A stretch of DNA of 50,583 nucleotides, the filler included, from Basidioascus undulatus (lineage: Eukaryota), in assembly GCA_000826855.1 (NCBI GenBank). It is 3 parts of 3 records of this genome, joined end to end, with 100 filler letters (N's around TTAATTAATTAA, not from the genome) between each part and the next. Parts side by side here need not be neighbours in the genome. Positions count along the whole stretch, not along the records: positions 16,899 to 33,693 come from JTLS01000566.1; positions 33,794 to 50,583 come from JTLS01000567.1; 1 more part is not named here. One strand, 5' to 3'. The translations under genes and the position numbers were made by a program. Positions 24,344 through 35,467 of this stretch are shown piece after piece; within the stretch, counting starts at the first letter, position 1, and each line of letters opens with the position of its first letter. Under the pieces are notes generated by a model. The model did not search any database. It was not told where the DNA came from and saw only the letters and a list, made by a program, of their open reading frames with translations.

Positions 24344-25695
24344 AGCGCGCTCTCCCTCCGCGCGCCGCACTTCTCACGCCTCCTCAGGCCGCGTCCCGCC
24401 CTCCGCCCCGGTGAACCCGGTCCCTGGATATTTACCCGCTCGTCCCGTCCTCCCCCTCCCCTCCCGCCCTATTCTCCCAGCTGTATTCCTCTGTTCTTTT
24501 TCTTTTCCATGGCCTGTCTAGTACTACATGTTTCTTTCCCGTTTCCTGCTTTCTTGAGTCTTGAGAGTCTTGCCCCCCCTTGAACACGCCTGTTATTACC
24601 CTTGCTTGATACTACCGATCGATGTTGGGTTTTGACTGCCGTATATCTGCTATATGTTGGCGAGGCGGTGCTAACCAGGGAATAGTGTGCTCGTTCGTTG
24701 TTGAGCGAAATGCGGAGCGCGGCTGTGAACTTAGTAGCTGTACAGCCCAGTGGCAGTGTGGGATGTTTGATCACCGACGTTACGTTGCTGTTGGCTGTGT
24801 ACCAAAGCAAACAATGAGGAGCAGATCGATGCCACGGAGCCTTACATACAGTAACAACGCATCAGCGCAACGCTCGAAAGCACGCAGCGAAGTCGACTCG
24901 ACTGTTTGAGCTCTTTCCCGGGGGGTGTACGCCTGTCCATGTAGGTCAAGAACGAGAGGCACTGAGCGTGAAGACTGAGTCGAACGCTTTTCTCGAGATG
25001 ATCGAGCGCGATCGGCATGAGACGTTTGCAGATGAAGAGCGAAGAGAACAGCGTAAGTGACGCGGTCAGGCGCCGGGCCCGTGTTCAAAGTGTCGACGAA
25101 GTACGCCTCCAAGATGTAATGAGAAAGAATCTCGGTCGCAAAGTCGAGGATGTGAAGCCGGCTGGAGGAAGTGAGCATGTTGCGGTGTCTTTGAGGGTGA
25201 AGCGGGTGATGACGGTGGGCGAAGAAGGGATGCAACAGCCTGACCGCCTCGACGTTCCAACCTGCTTCCGGCGAATGCCTTAGAAACCCGTATGCAGTGC
25301 CCTTACAAGGCTGACAGTGCAGTTACCCCTTTAGTCTGGGGCTTCACTCAATCCGCCGCTTAACCAGCATCAAAGGCAACGTGGGGCTTGCAGTGCACGT
25401 TTACTGTACCCTGTAAAAGGAATCGTTGAGGGATTCATGATAGAGAACCGTATGTTAACATCGTACTGGAGTGTATTCGGAGGAAGAAATGCCTCAATGG
25501 CGTGGAACCTACGGCGCGGGCGGCGGAGATCGACTCGCAGTGTTCTCGCGTACACCGCCCAGACACCACCGCCGCTGTCATGCTTCCTGACGTTCAGGAT
25601 TCCAGCCACTCCTTCTCCTTATCGCATACCATTACAATCTCCTCCTTTCGCTCAATCAATTCCTGCCCGCATAGACCTATCAGGCCTCTTTGCAG

Positions 25696-27391
25696 ATGCC
25701 CACCCCCTTCGACCTTCTTCCGCCTCGCGACGAGGATCATCCTTGTCCTGTGCCTCGCGCTTCTAGCGCTGCCTGCAAAGGTGCACGGCATAATGAACTC
25801 GAATACAAAATGTCCTAAGGTCACTTGGTGGGACTCCCCGCAGGGGCCCAACCCATGGTGCGTGCGTGGAAGATCCTGTGGAAGCGGCGGGACGAGCTGA
25901 ATTCCCATTCGCGCGGGGCCACAGTTCTCTCATGCAGCAGGTGAAGAGGGCGTGTGATCCGAACTCTGGGTTGGGGACCCTTCCTTTTCTGATCGGCTTG
26001 AAGGGAGAGGAGATGGCGAAGGGGGTTGTTGACGGTCGGCAATCTTACGGCGGGCGTACAGCGCCTATTATCACGAACAACATGAACACGACAAACGTCG
26101 CTTTGTAAGTGCCGTTCTTCCCTTCATTCCGGCTTAGTTGGTGCTGAGATGCCCTCAATGTGGGTGGACCGTTCAACAGTGACAGCTGGACGTTCCTCCC
26201 CAACACCACGGCAGAGACGCAGTCGTGCGAGTGCACTTATCTGTACTGGAACCTCGCAATGTGTACGCATCCAACTATGACAAAGGACTGGATCTAGACT
26301 CAACCCCCGCTTCCCTTCTTCTCCACAGTAGCTTGTCCTATGTGCCACCAACTTGGCTGATCCAAGGCAGGAGCACAGCTTGACTCTCCGTTCCCCCCAG
26401 TAGACTGTGCTTTCATCGCGAAAGAGGCGCTGTACATCACGTACTCTACCTGGACCCAGTTTATCGGGGACTGCACCTCAGTCAACTCAGTGTACGTTTT
26501 GACCTCTTGCATGGAGCGGAGCCTGTTCTCGTTTTCTGAAAAATGCATGTCACACAGAGAGGACATCCCAGCGTTAGTATTCAGGACGTACGGAACCGAC
26601 CGGTTCGCCCCTTAGATGTACTCGTCCGACACTGCGAATTCGTCCGGCGTGTGGTGAGTTACCACTCGCAACATTCCCTTACGACTGGCAACGTTGCCTT
26701 TGGCTTATCATAGTATGGGACGACAGGTCTGAGGAAAGAGCTGCGCAGATCGCGCTCGGCAACGCTTCCCTCTTCAACCACCTCCAGCCCTCCTGACACT
26801 CCGACCGATCCGGCGCCCTCTCCTTCGTCGAAGTGTATGCATTCCGTATTTTATGAACCTCTGACGCAGTGTCCTATAGCTAATCGCAATGTTGTGAACG
26901 CGCTCCCCAGCTTCATCGAACGTCGGCGCCATTATCAGAGTGGTCGTGGTTGCCGGAGCTGTCGCGCTTGCCGCGTCCTCGGACTGTGGTGGTGCATGCG
27001 GCAGCGGCGGAGGCGCAGGGGCTCTAGACAAGTCGCGCTTGAGTTGCAGGAGGAATACAGGGACCAGTCGATGACTTACGGTACGCCTATTACCCGACCA
27101 TCTCTCCAGTATCGAGGCCATCACCGACGGATAAAGTTGTCGAAACGCCAAGTCCCCCCTGCCGCCCTCGAGACCGCCATTACCCCTTTGATGGAGGATG
27201 CTGTCCCTGCAGCCCAAACTTCGACGGGAGCGGGAGGAGGTCCTGCCCCGCTGCCCGCCGGTGCAGCTGCCGGAACTCGGAACCCCGACCGAGTGGACCT
27301 CCCGCACAGCAACCTGCGTGGGAGCCTCCGGAGGAAGATGCGTGGGTACGGCTGGCTGGAGGGCGCCTGCGGGAGAATCAGCGGCACCTGA
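25696..27391 (+). pseudogene. Frameshifted single-pass (type I) membrane protein with Cys-containing ectodomain
   Basis: Signal peptide RIILVLCLALLALPAKVHG, ectodomain TKCPKVTWWDSPQGPNP..SLMQQVKRACDPN, and TM SNVGAIIRVVVVAGAVALAA/VLGLWWCMRQRRRRR with a frameshift near 26973. ATG 25696 is one base out of frame with the signal peptide. Confidence 0.5.
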
Positions 27392-28179
27392 GGGGGAGTG
27401 CAGCTTCGGCCACCGTCGGCGTATCAGGAGTGGTGAAATACATTGTGCTTTGAGACCAACGTCGCTGAAGGGTGTCATTGTTCTTGTAAAGCCAATGAAA
27501 AACGGCAAGGTCTGCGCGCCGGGAATGACATTCAATGTCGATCCTACAACTTGAGCGCACCACTCGAAATGACCATCTGCAAGCATGTAAACGGAAGCTT
27601 GCAGTGGGATTCCAGATCCCTCTTGACCATCCCACCTATATTCCACACATAGAATTTAACCATAAAATATGTGGTATTTCATTTTCCGGCTGGGATGTAC
27701 TGGAGATGAACGTAGCGAATGCCTGATGCTTCCAGTGCAGTTCGAGTGGTCGCCTGTCTTCCATGACCTAAGCGCTCGCTTCGTCTTCTGACACCAACCG
27801 AAGCTTGCTGTTTATTTGGAACGGAAGGGAACCTCTTGCTGCAGCTGAGCCAGTCATCCCGGAAGACTGAGAAGGTCCTCCTGGTCATACCCTTCTCAGG
27901 GCGCCAGCCACTGCATAGAACTTGCAAGGATTCTCGCACGCATTTCGTTCTCTCCAAAGCATACACTTGTAGCGGTAATACATTCATTTCTTATTACTTG
28001 TTAGACACACTGAGAGAACCACCACAGTTCCAGGAGACACAACAGAGCCTGTTGTCATCAGGGCAGCTAAGAACGCAGCGTATAAAGTCTTCGTGGTCCA
28101 CAAAGCGTATCGGCCAGCCCACACTTCAAAAGACTGCAGTAATACACCTACACCACATCTACAAGTACAGCCATTCACC

Positions 28180-29057
28180 ATGTGCCCGGTCTGTGGCCTC
28201 CTTATAACCTTCGCCTTCGCCGGCACAGTTCTCGCTTTCATCGACCACAGCAGCAAGCCTGCCGAGGCTGAGGAGTCTACCGGGCCTCAGGAGCTCAAGG
28301 TCGGTAATGTTCCCATCCTTCGAATGTATACCTCCCTCGGGTGGTCTATAGACTGACAGCAATTCGCAGAACAACATCAAGAACGAGTTCAAGCCGGACA
28401 CTCATCTGAGTCTCACAGCGACCACGAGTCCAAATCGTCGTTGACGAAGACGTCCCGCCTGGCCAAGCGCAAGAATGATATCAACATTCACAACACCTAC
28501 GAGCCTGTGCATCACTTGCATATCGAGCACGAAGACGAGAATGACGAGGACATCGAGTACGAAGTGGCGCGCGAGGTGGAAAAACTCGAGAAGGAGCTGG
28601 GGAAGAGGGACTACGACAACGAGTGAGTCGGTGAAGAGCTCTCGTGTTTTTTTGGAAGATAGTCGGGTTTTGGTGCTGATGAATGCTTGTCGTGGATGAT
28701 CAGAGTCGAGAACGCAAACGAAGTCTGTACGTCCGACGTCCCTTCGCCACCATCGGCCTTTTTCTTACACGCTCTGCATGGTACCTCCTCTCCGCTCAAC
28801 ATATTGACTCCAACCGCGACAAGCACGACTCGAAGTTATTCGAGGACAACTACAAGCTCTCTCGGCGTCGCTACGACAACGAAGTTGTCCGTGATCCCAC
28901 AGCCTCTTCATTCACATCCTTCGCTGGACACTCGACGCGCGGCCCCTCTCCCGCATTACCTATCCAGAGCAGAAAGAACAAGGTCTACCAGCACTTTGAA
29001 AGCCACGATGACGAGCACCGCGGCTCCAAGCACGAATACAACTACGAGGAGAAGTAA
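28180..29057 (+). CDS. Small secreted His/acidic repeat protein with dibasic (Kex2-type) sites; carries possible lesions
   Basis: Signal peptide MCPVCGLLITFAFAGTVLA followed by segments separated by AKRK, GKR and SRRR. Repeats: YDNEVENANEVSQHIDS / YDNEVSRKNKVYQHFES and NIKNEFKPDTH / NIHNTYEPVHH. Four predicted introns. Confidence 0.65.
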
Positions 29058-30357
29058 CGGCGACCGCCCGAGTCGCCTCAGCGCGCTCTCAAGACCTCAC
29101 TGGTTTCTGTATTGGCTAGAATTTTTCGTTGTAAGATATGTTTGGATGACCTCAGAGTTCCCATTTCTGGTGTGGCTGAATTTTCGATTGCGTGCCGGAA
29201 ACATAACATGCACGCTTGAAATCTAAGTGTGCTCGAGTGGCACCTAAGAAAACATTGTCTCAGCAAAGGCCACTACTGGGTCGGCTTCTGCGTTGTCTTC
29301 AACTTGATCCAGGACCACTCCATGCTGCAACATTCCGCTGAGCCCTGCCGTCATGCCCGACCTTCACCTCCTCCGTACTCGCAACCTCCCCCTTATCCCT
29401 TGCGGGTACAATCAATATCTCACCGGCCAGATTTCAAGATCTACTGGAACTTTTACGACGGGCTTGGACACCGTACTTGGGACTGGACACTTATCCGGCC
29501 GCAGACCGACTTCTTGCGGTGCTTGGAGTCCGCCCAAGTGCCGGAGCTCGACGAGCTCGTGAGGCTGGTCAAAGGCAAGGCAGCCTCGTCCTCTCTGAAC
29601 GGGACAGGCTGAGGAGGGAGGGACTCTTATGAAGGGGATCGAGCAGGAGTTTGAAGAGCGTTGGATGCGGTTTTCACGCAAGTGGCAGCCATCTCGCCTA
29701 GTTCAGCACGTCGCGGGCGAGTGACATTCCTCCTCGCACCAAAAACGTCTCGATTTCAGGCTCAATGAATACTTTGCCCTTGAGTTTTCAGCAGGCTGGC
29801 CAAACGCCGCTGCCGTCTTTCGCCGGCTGAGCTCCCATATGGGGGGCGATGAGCCTGGCTTCCCGTAATCTGGCTGACGCAGAGAGAGGTGGGTGACAGC
29901 TTCCGAGGCAAGCAGGTTTGTCCTTCACTCACCAGCCTTGGGCTATTTGCCGTGTGCAAGGTTTTCCGATGTTGCTAGAGAGATCCCCTTGGATGGTCGC
30001 CGCCACGACGCTGCGCTTTCCGCCCTTTCCTCCGCAAGTGCCTCCCTCCGGAGGCGAAATCGACTATCCGGAAGCGCTGCGCATTGCTCCTCCGGATACC
30101 CCCTAGCAACATTCGATGCATTGATTTCGTCGTACTACCTCAAGCTTGAACGAGTCAGCCAGAAGCGGGCGCCAGCATCCCACGTTAGCTTTGTCGGTCG
30201 CTTCATTCGAAAGGTCTTGAAAAGGTGTTTGAGCTGGCACAGAAAAGTTAAAACGGTAGTGGTCATGCTTGGTCAGCCTCAAGTTTCAGTAGTTCCTGCA
30301 TTACTTTGGTACTGTACATGGATCTAGAGTAAGTTAGGCTGGGATGTCACCAGTAAC

Positions 30358-30439
30358 AGTTGCGTGTTCTAATGGTTATGATTTCTCTTTCACACTTTGG
30401 ATACAGAGAAGGTTCCCGGTTCGATCCCGGGCGCGACTA
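30358..30439 (+). tRNA. tRNA-Val(CAC) with a 9-nt intron (30395-30403)
   Basis: Acceptor stem AGTTGCG/CGCGACT plus discriminator A; anticodon arm TCTCT-TT-CAC-A[CTTTGGATA]C-AGAGA; T arm CCCGG-TTCGATC-CCGGG; downstream TTTTT Pol III terminator. The D stem has one T:T mismatch. Confidence 0.88.
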
Positions 30440-30733
30440 TCTTTTTCTCTTGCAGGCAGCTCACCGCAATTCCTTTTGACCGCTCCCGGCTCTGTTTTGT
30501 ACCATCATTCAACCTCCGTGCAATGTTTTACTCAGACGTTTTCTGTTGCTGGGCAGGCAGGCTGCAAGCTACATATGTGACGCTAATTACTGTTCGACGT
30601 CGATCACAGCGCCCGGTCCTCGCGTTGTTGGCCGCCCGGACTTCCAACCTTCTCGCTCACCCACCAGCAGATTGGCGCCCTTCGTTGCTCTTCCATTCCC
30701 GGTTCTGCTGCTCCCACATTTACATCTTGCATA

Positions 30734-31786
30734 ATGGCTGATGCCCTCGAGCAAGCCGTTCTTTCAGGCGCGCTCTTCGACGGCTCTCTCCAAGTCGATC
30801 CCGAGCTCGGCCGCGAGCCCATCCGGTCGCGCTCACCCTCCCCAGAGCCCAACACCGACGACGAGCTCGGGTCCGATCTCGACCCCTCTGATCTGCCTAC
30901 ATCTTCTTCTCTCGCGCCGGGTCCGCGCACCGGCCCCCAAACAGGCGTCAAAGGCGTAATTCGCGACCGGGAACTGCACGACTCTGCAGTGCGAACCGCG
31001 GCCGCGCGCTCGGTGGACGAGGCCGCGGCGCGGCTGCGAGGGATGGCGCTTAGTGCGCGGACGTATGCGGATGACATGGAGGCCGAGAAGCGGGAGCTGG
31101 AGGAGCGTCTGGCGTGGGAGCGCGAGGACGAGGACGAGAGGAAGGCACGCGAGGCGTACCGCCGCGCGAGGATGCGCGAGCTGCGGCGCGAGCCGGATAG
31201 CGGGCGGAGGGTGTTCGGGCATTTACGGGAGGTCGACGAGAACATGTTTATCTCGGCGCTGGAGGACGAGGATGAAGACGTCGTGGTGGTGGTGCTTTTG
31301 CATGAGCCGGTGCGTTCAACTCCACTCTTATCGCTTCCCTTTCCTGCCTCGCTTGCTCACGTTGGAGGAAACATTCCGACCTTGCTATATTTTCCAGTCC
31401 ATTCCGAACTCCCTCACCCTTACCACACACCTCTCCACGCTCGCCCCGCTCCACCCTCACACCAAATTCCTGCGCGCCTCTGCGCGCTCGCTGGCGTTCG
31501 GCATCGACAAGCGCACAGGCCAGCCGGACCCCGACATCCTGCCCACCTTGCTCATCTACCGGGCTGGCGAGCTCATGGAGACGCTGGTGCGGCCTGATAG
31601 AGGTGGCGCGAAGGGCGTCGAAGGAATCGAGGCGCTGCTGCTCAGGTGGGTGGTCGCTCTAGTAGGAGACTTACAGATTCTGACTGACAAGCCTCGCACG
31701 GTTATTGTAGCCACGGTGCGCTGGAGAGAACTTCACAACAAGCGGCGCTGGTGGGCGACCTCAGCGATGAGGGCGACGACGATTGA
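30734..31786 (+). CDS. Phosducin-like protein (PhLP1 type; thioredoxin fold), 3 exons
   Basis: Signature TGPQTGVKGVIRD, then YRRARMREL, FGHLREVD, VVVVLLHEP, HTKFLRASA and ILPTLLIYRAGELMETLV. Stop TGA at 31784-31786. Confidence 0.9.
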
Positions 31787-32627
31787 TGCGTTGCGATCTT
31801 CGCTCCAACGACCCCTCCTTCCTCGCTTATCTCTCCGCCCTCGCTCCCTATCCTCCTCTACCGCACGACATCCGGGCACCTCGCTTCTTGCCTTCATCGC
31901 GTGTACCTGCATTACCCGCAACAGCATCGTTACGCACCGGTCGCGCGCCCCTTGGCACGTCCGCTCAATCATCAAACTTGCTCTTTCTTCCTCCACAGCT
32001 ACCAGCCGCTGTGCGTGTGGGTCTGCTGTTGAGTCGCGGTCCTGTGAGAAATACATTCAATCCAAGATACCGCCAGCGATTCATGCATACTGCGAAGACC
32101 AACAAAACAGCCAGCGCTACACCGCATCAGGGGCCTGCCGTGTGCTCAGACCAGTCCATCCCCCCCTCAGGCTCCTCCCCATGCCGTTCGTATGCAATTT
32201 CACCCACTCTCCAGACCGTCTTCTTCTGGGCAGCCGGAGGTGTCGCCAGCTGATCCCACGCGTCTCCTCCCCCTCCCCGCCCTCAAACTACCACCACTCA
32301 TGCTTCCCGAGTGTGGGCATGAGCGAAACTTGACTCCAGTTAGAGGTTGCTGCCGCCGTAGTTCCCGACTGATAGCGGTGGGGCATCGCTCTCGAATGCT
32401 CAGTGACGATCGACGGCCATGCACAATTTCCGCTGAAGAAAAGACTTCCACAGCTGCGAGATATCGGCGGGCGGTGCACGGGTGCGTGGTCCGGCCATGC
32501 ACAAGCGGCGAGCAGGAGGCACTGGGAAGAGCAGCAGTACGTTGTCCCTGTGCACAAATCAGAGCGCAATGCGCAAATAAATAGTGTCCGGAAGCCCAAA
32601 ATGATAAGAGGATAGTGGGGATGGAAG

Positions 32628-33693
32628 TCAGGGTTCGATCGGCGCGGAATGGTCCACGATCTCGTTCCACCTGTCCTCCCCAAAAAAGCATGTCAGCACG
32701 GGGTCTAACAGCGGCAGATAAAGAGAAGTATCAAAACAGCAAGGAAAGGAGAAGGAAAGAGGATTTGGGGAGGGGCCGAGTCAACACGCACGTAGGGAAG
32801 AAGCTCGGAAGCGCCTCTGGCCTGAGTTCCGGCCACCTCCCCTCCATCTCCCCGACCATCAAGTCGAACACGACCTTATACCCCTCCGCATTCAAATGCA
32901 GCCCGTCCAGCAGCAGCCCGTCCTCCCACCCCTGCACCCCGCTCACCGCCCCGAACACATCCAGCACCCCAACGCCCCGCGCCTGCCCGACCTCACGAAC
33001 GACCGCAGCGTACGCCGCGGCATCGCGGTCGGGGTATTTCTTCGGCGAGCACGACGGGGGCGTGAGGAGGAGGACGCGCTGCGTTGGGGGCAGGAGCGCG
33101 AGGAGAGACCGAAGGTTGCGCGTGAAGTCCGGGAGCGGGACGTGCTGCGGTTGTGGGAGAGCGGCGGCGTCGTTGGCGCCGATCCAGATGGTTAGGAGCT
33201 CGATGGAGGGGTGGGTGTGCTGCAGTGCGGGGTAGAGCTGTGGGGCGTGGGATGATGAGAGGTGATGGAGTGGAAGAGAGCGGGGGTGGGGGAGGGCGCA
33301 CGCGCTGCAGGACCGGGAGGGCCCAGGCCGTGTTGTAACCTGAGAACCCGCGGTTCACGATGTCTAGTTTCCGGACGTAGCGGTCTTGGGGAAGCAGAAG
33401 AGGAGTGAGCTGAAAAGAAGGGTGCAGGTAAGAGGAAAAGAAGACGCACCCCCCAGCCGTTGCGCCAGCCCGCCCTCGCGCCATCCATACTCCGTCAGAC
33501 TGCCCTTCTCCATATGGCTCATCAGCACTCCCACGACCCTTGGATAGGCAGTTGGTCCAAGCGCACCTGTCGCCGAACAGGACTATCGCGCCCGGCCCCG
33601 CATCGCGCTTGTTCGGGGAGGCAGACGCGGGCGCCCAGGAAGAGGGGAGAAAGAGGATCGCGAGGATCGCGAGGAAGGAGAGGGTGATGAGCA
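32628..33693 (-). CDS. SGNH/GDSL esterase, IAH1-like, with hydrophobic N-terminus (5' partial)
   Basis: All four SGNH blocks: IVLFGDSLTE, DIVNRGFSGYNT, IWIGANDA and DGLHLNAEGY. Ends RPEALPSFFPTWNEIVDHSAPIEP*. Confidence 0.9.
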
Positions 33694-33793
33694 NNNNNNN
33701 NNNNNNNNNNNNNNNNNNNNNNNNNNNNNNNNNNNNNTTAATTAATTAANNNNNNNNNNNNNNNNNNNNNNNNNNNNNNNNNNNNNNNNNNNN
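33694..33793. other. Artificial contig-join spacer (44 N + TTAATTAATTAA + 44 N)
   Basis: Identical to the spacer at 16799-16898. Confidence 0.97.
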
Positions 33794-33849
33794 ACTTGCG
33801 TGTTCGTCGAGACAGCGATCCGACGTCGAACAAAATAACGGCAGAAACA

Positions 33850-34914
33850 CGTCAGGCGAGATGTCAGGCGAGATTGGGCCGCCGGGGGCCAAGTCTTTGA
33901 CTTTGTCCACATGCTCTACCAGACGGTGAAGTACCACACCAAATATGGGAAGGCTTTCTCTGAGCAGTTCCTCTCCACCATTGGCATCCTCATGGGAGAC
34001 CCCAGCTTGCCCGCGGTGTTCATCCTCTGCATCTCGGACTTCACACTCCCAGAGGATGCAGATCTCGGCACCTCCTTCATGCGGATGATATGGTGATCAC
34101 GTCCACCTCGCTGGAGGGCGTCCAGCACAAGCTGAACATGCTCCGCCGACGGGCTGCCAACAACTTTGTAGATGCCAACCCGGACAAATCCGAGTGGATG
34201 GCTTTTGGGAAGCTCCCGTCTCCTCCGCCCACCTTCCACTTGTGCAACCGCCCGATCCGGTAGAAAACTTTCACAACATACGTTGGGTCTCAGGTGTCCT
34301 CTGACCCAAGGTGATCGTTCTTCCACTGGCACTATGAGAAGGCCAACAAAGCCCACAAAGTCGGCCTGTCCTTCTTCTTCCTTGAGCCATACATTGGCCA
34401 GCTGTCGCCCACCCATACGATCAAGCTCTACAAAATACTTGTGGATCCGCACCTCATCTCTGCATACGAGGTTGCCATTCCCTCCACAGTGGCTGAGCGC
34501 AAACTCCTGGAGGACGAGCAGCACCGGTTCATCTGCGGCACGCTACGGGTACACTCCAACAGCCTCACCCCTCCCTCTCTTCATGGAGACGGGCCTGCCT
34601 TCTCATGTGCCTCCGCTACATCCTGAATGCAGCGAAAGAGGAGCACCCTCATTTTACACGGGCAGCCCTGCTCGACAGCATGCAGCTCGCAGATTGGGGG
34701 AACAAGAGCTTCTTTTCACACGTACAGGGAGAGGTTGCACACTATGGGGGACACCTGCGGAACAGCTGACCAATCACGGCGGACCACATCACTGAGGTCT
34801 TTAAGCAGCTCAAGGCTAGCTTCCGGGCCCTTATTGTGGAGAAGAACCTTTCTGTCCCTTGCTGCCATCTGCTCCAGGGGCGCAAGCTGCCATGGGACTA
34901 TAGGGAATACCTGA
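33850..34914 (+). mobile_element. Degenerate non-LTR (LINE-like) retrotransposon reverse transcriptase fragment
   Basis: RT motifs across frameshifts: GILMGDPSLPAVFILCISD, HADDMVITSTSLEGVQHKLN, NPDKSEWMAFG, TYVG and KLYKILVDPHLISAYEV. Several stops and no introns. Confidence 0.85.
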
Positions 34915-35467
34915 GCATCCCTGAGTCCAGATTGAAGTTCACGGCTGCAATAAATGCTTTGGACTGTTTGTCGATCGAGTAGTTCGCCTGTTTCGGGCTG
35001 ATGAGATGGGAGGTATCCATGCCCTCTTACTTTTGAAACACAGACATTTCAAGTCATGGACCATTTGCTTCATTCAAGCCATGCCTGAGCCGACAAACGG
35101 TGGTGCTTGAATACATCCAGGCGAAGCCTCAACCGCAGTCTTTTAGGCGCCCTTGAAGAGCTCCCCATATCTAGCCGAGACTGCAATTTCTACTAAGCCG
35201 ACGACAACATACTGTCCCTGGGTGTCTGGACGCGCCCGTGTACAGGCAACGGTCACAGTAACAGCAACGGTAGACACCGTGCATCTTTGCGTCCAGCGTT
35301 CTCGCTTGTCAGTCCAGCGCGCGGCTTTTACATTCTTGCCTTGAGCTCAAAAGAGACCTTCTAGTGATGTTGATAGTGCAACGCGGGTTCAAGAAACGTC
35401 ACATAATCATACGCGAGATGAAAACCACCCACTACAGCCCACCCGCAGCCACACGATGTGCACCTCC

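Noticed and set aside
24950..25180. F-box-like phrase LHILDFATEILSHYILEAYF on the minus strand
   Set aside because: Single short motif with no supportable continuation.
29322..29724. ORF with two PPPY motifs and a possible frameshifted continuation
   Set aside because: Short, unrecognised and interrupted; it cannot be supported as a gene or linked to the upstream repeat-peptide gene.
4991..31786. CCT6 and its co-chaperone phosducin-like gene as a functional cluster
   Set aside because: They are about 23 kb apart and separated by an artificial contig join, so real linkage is unknown.
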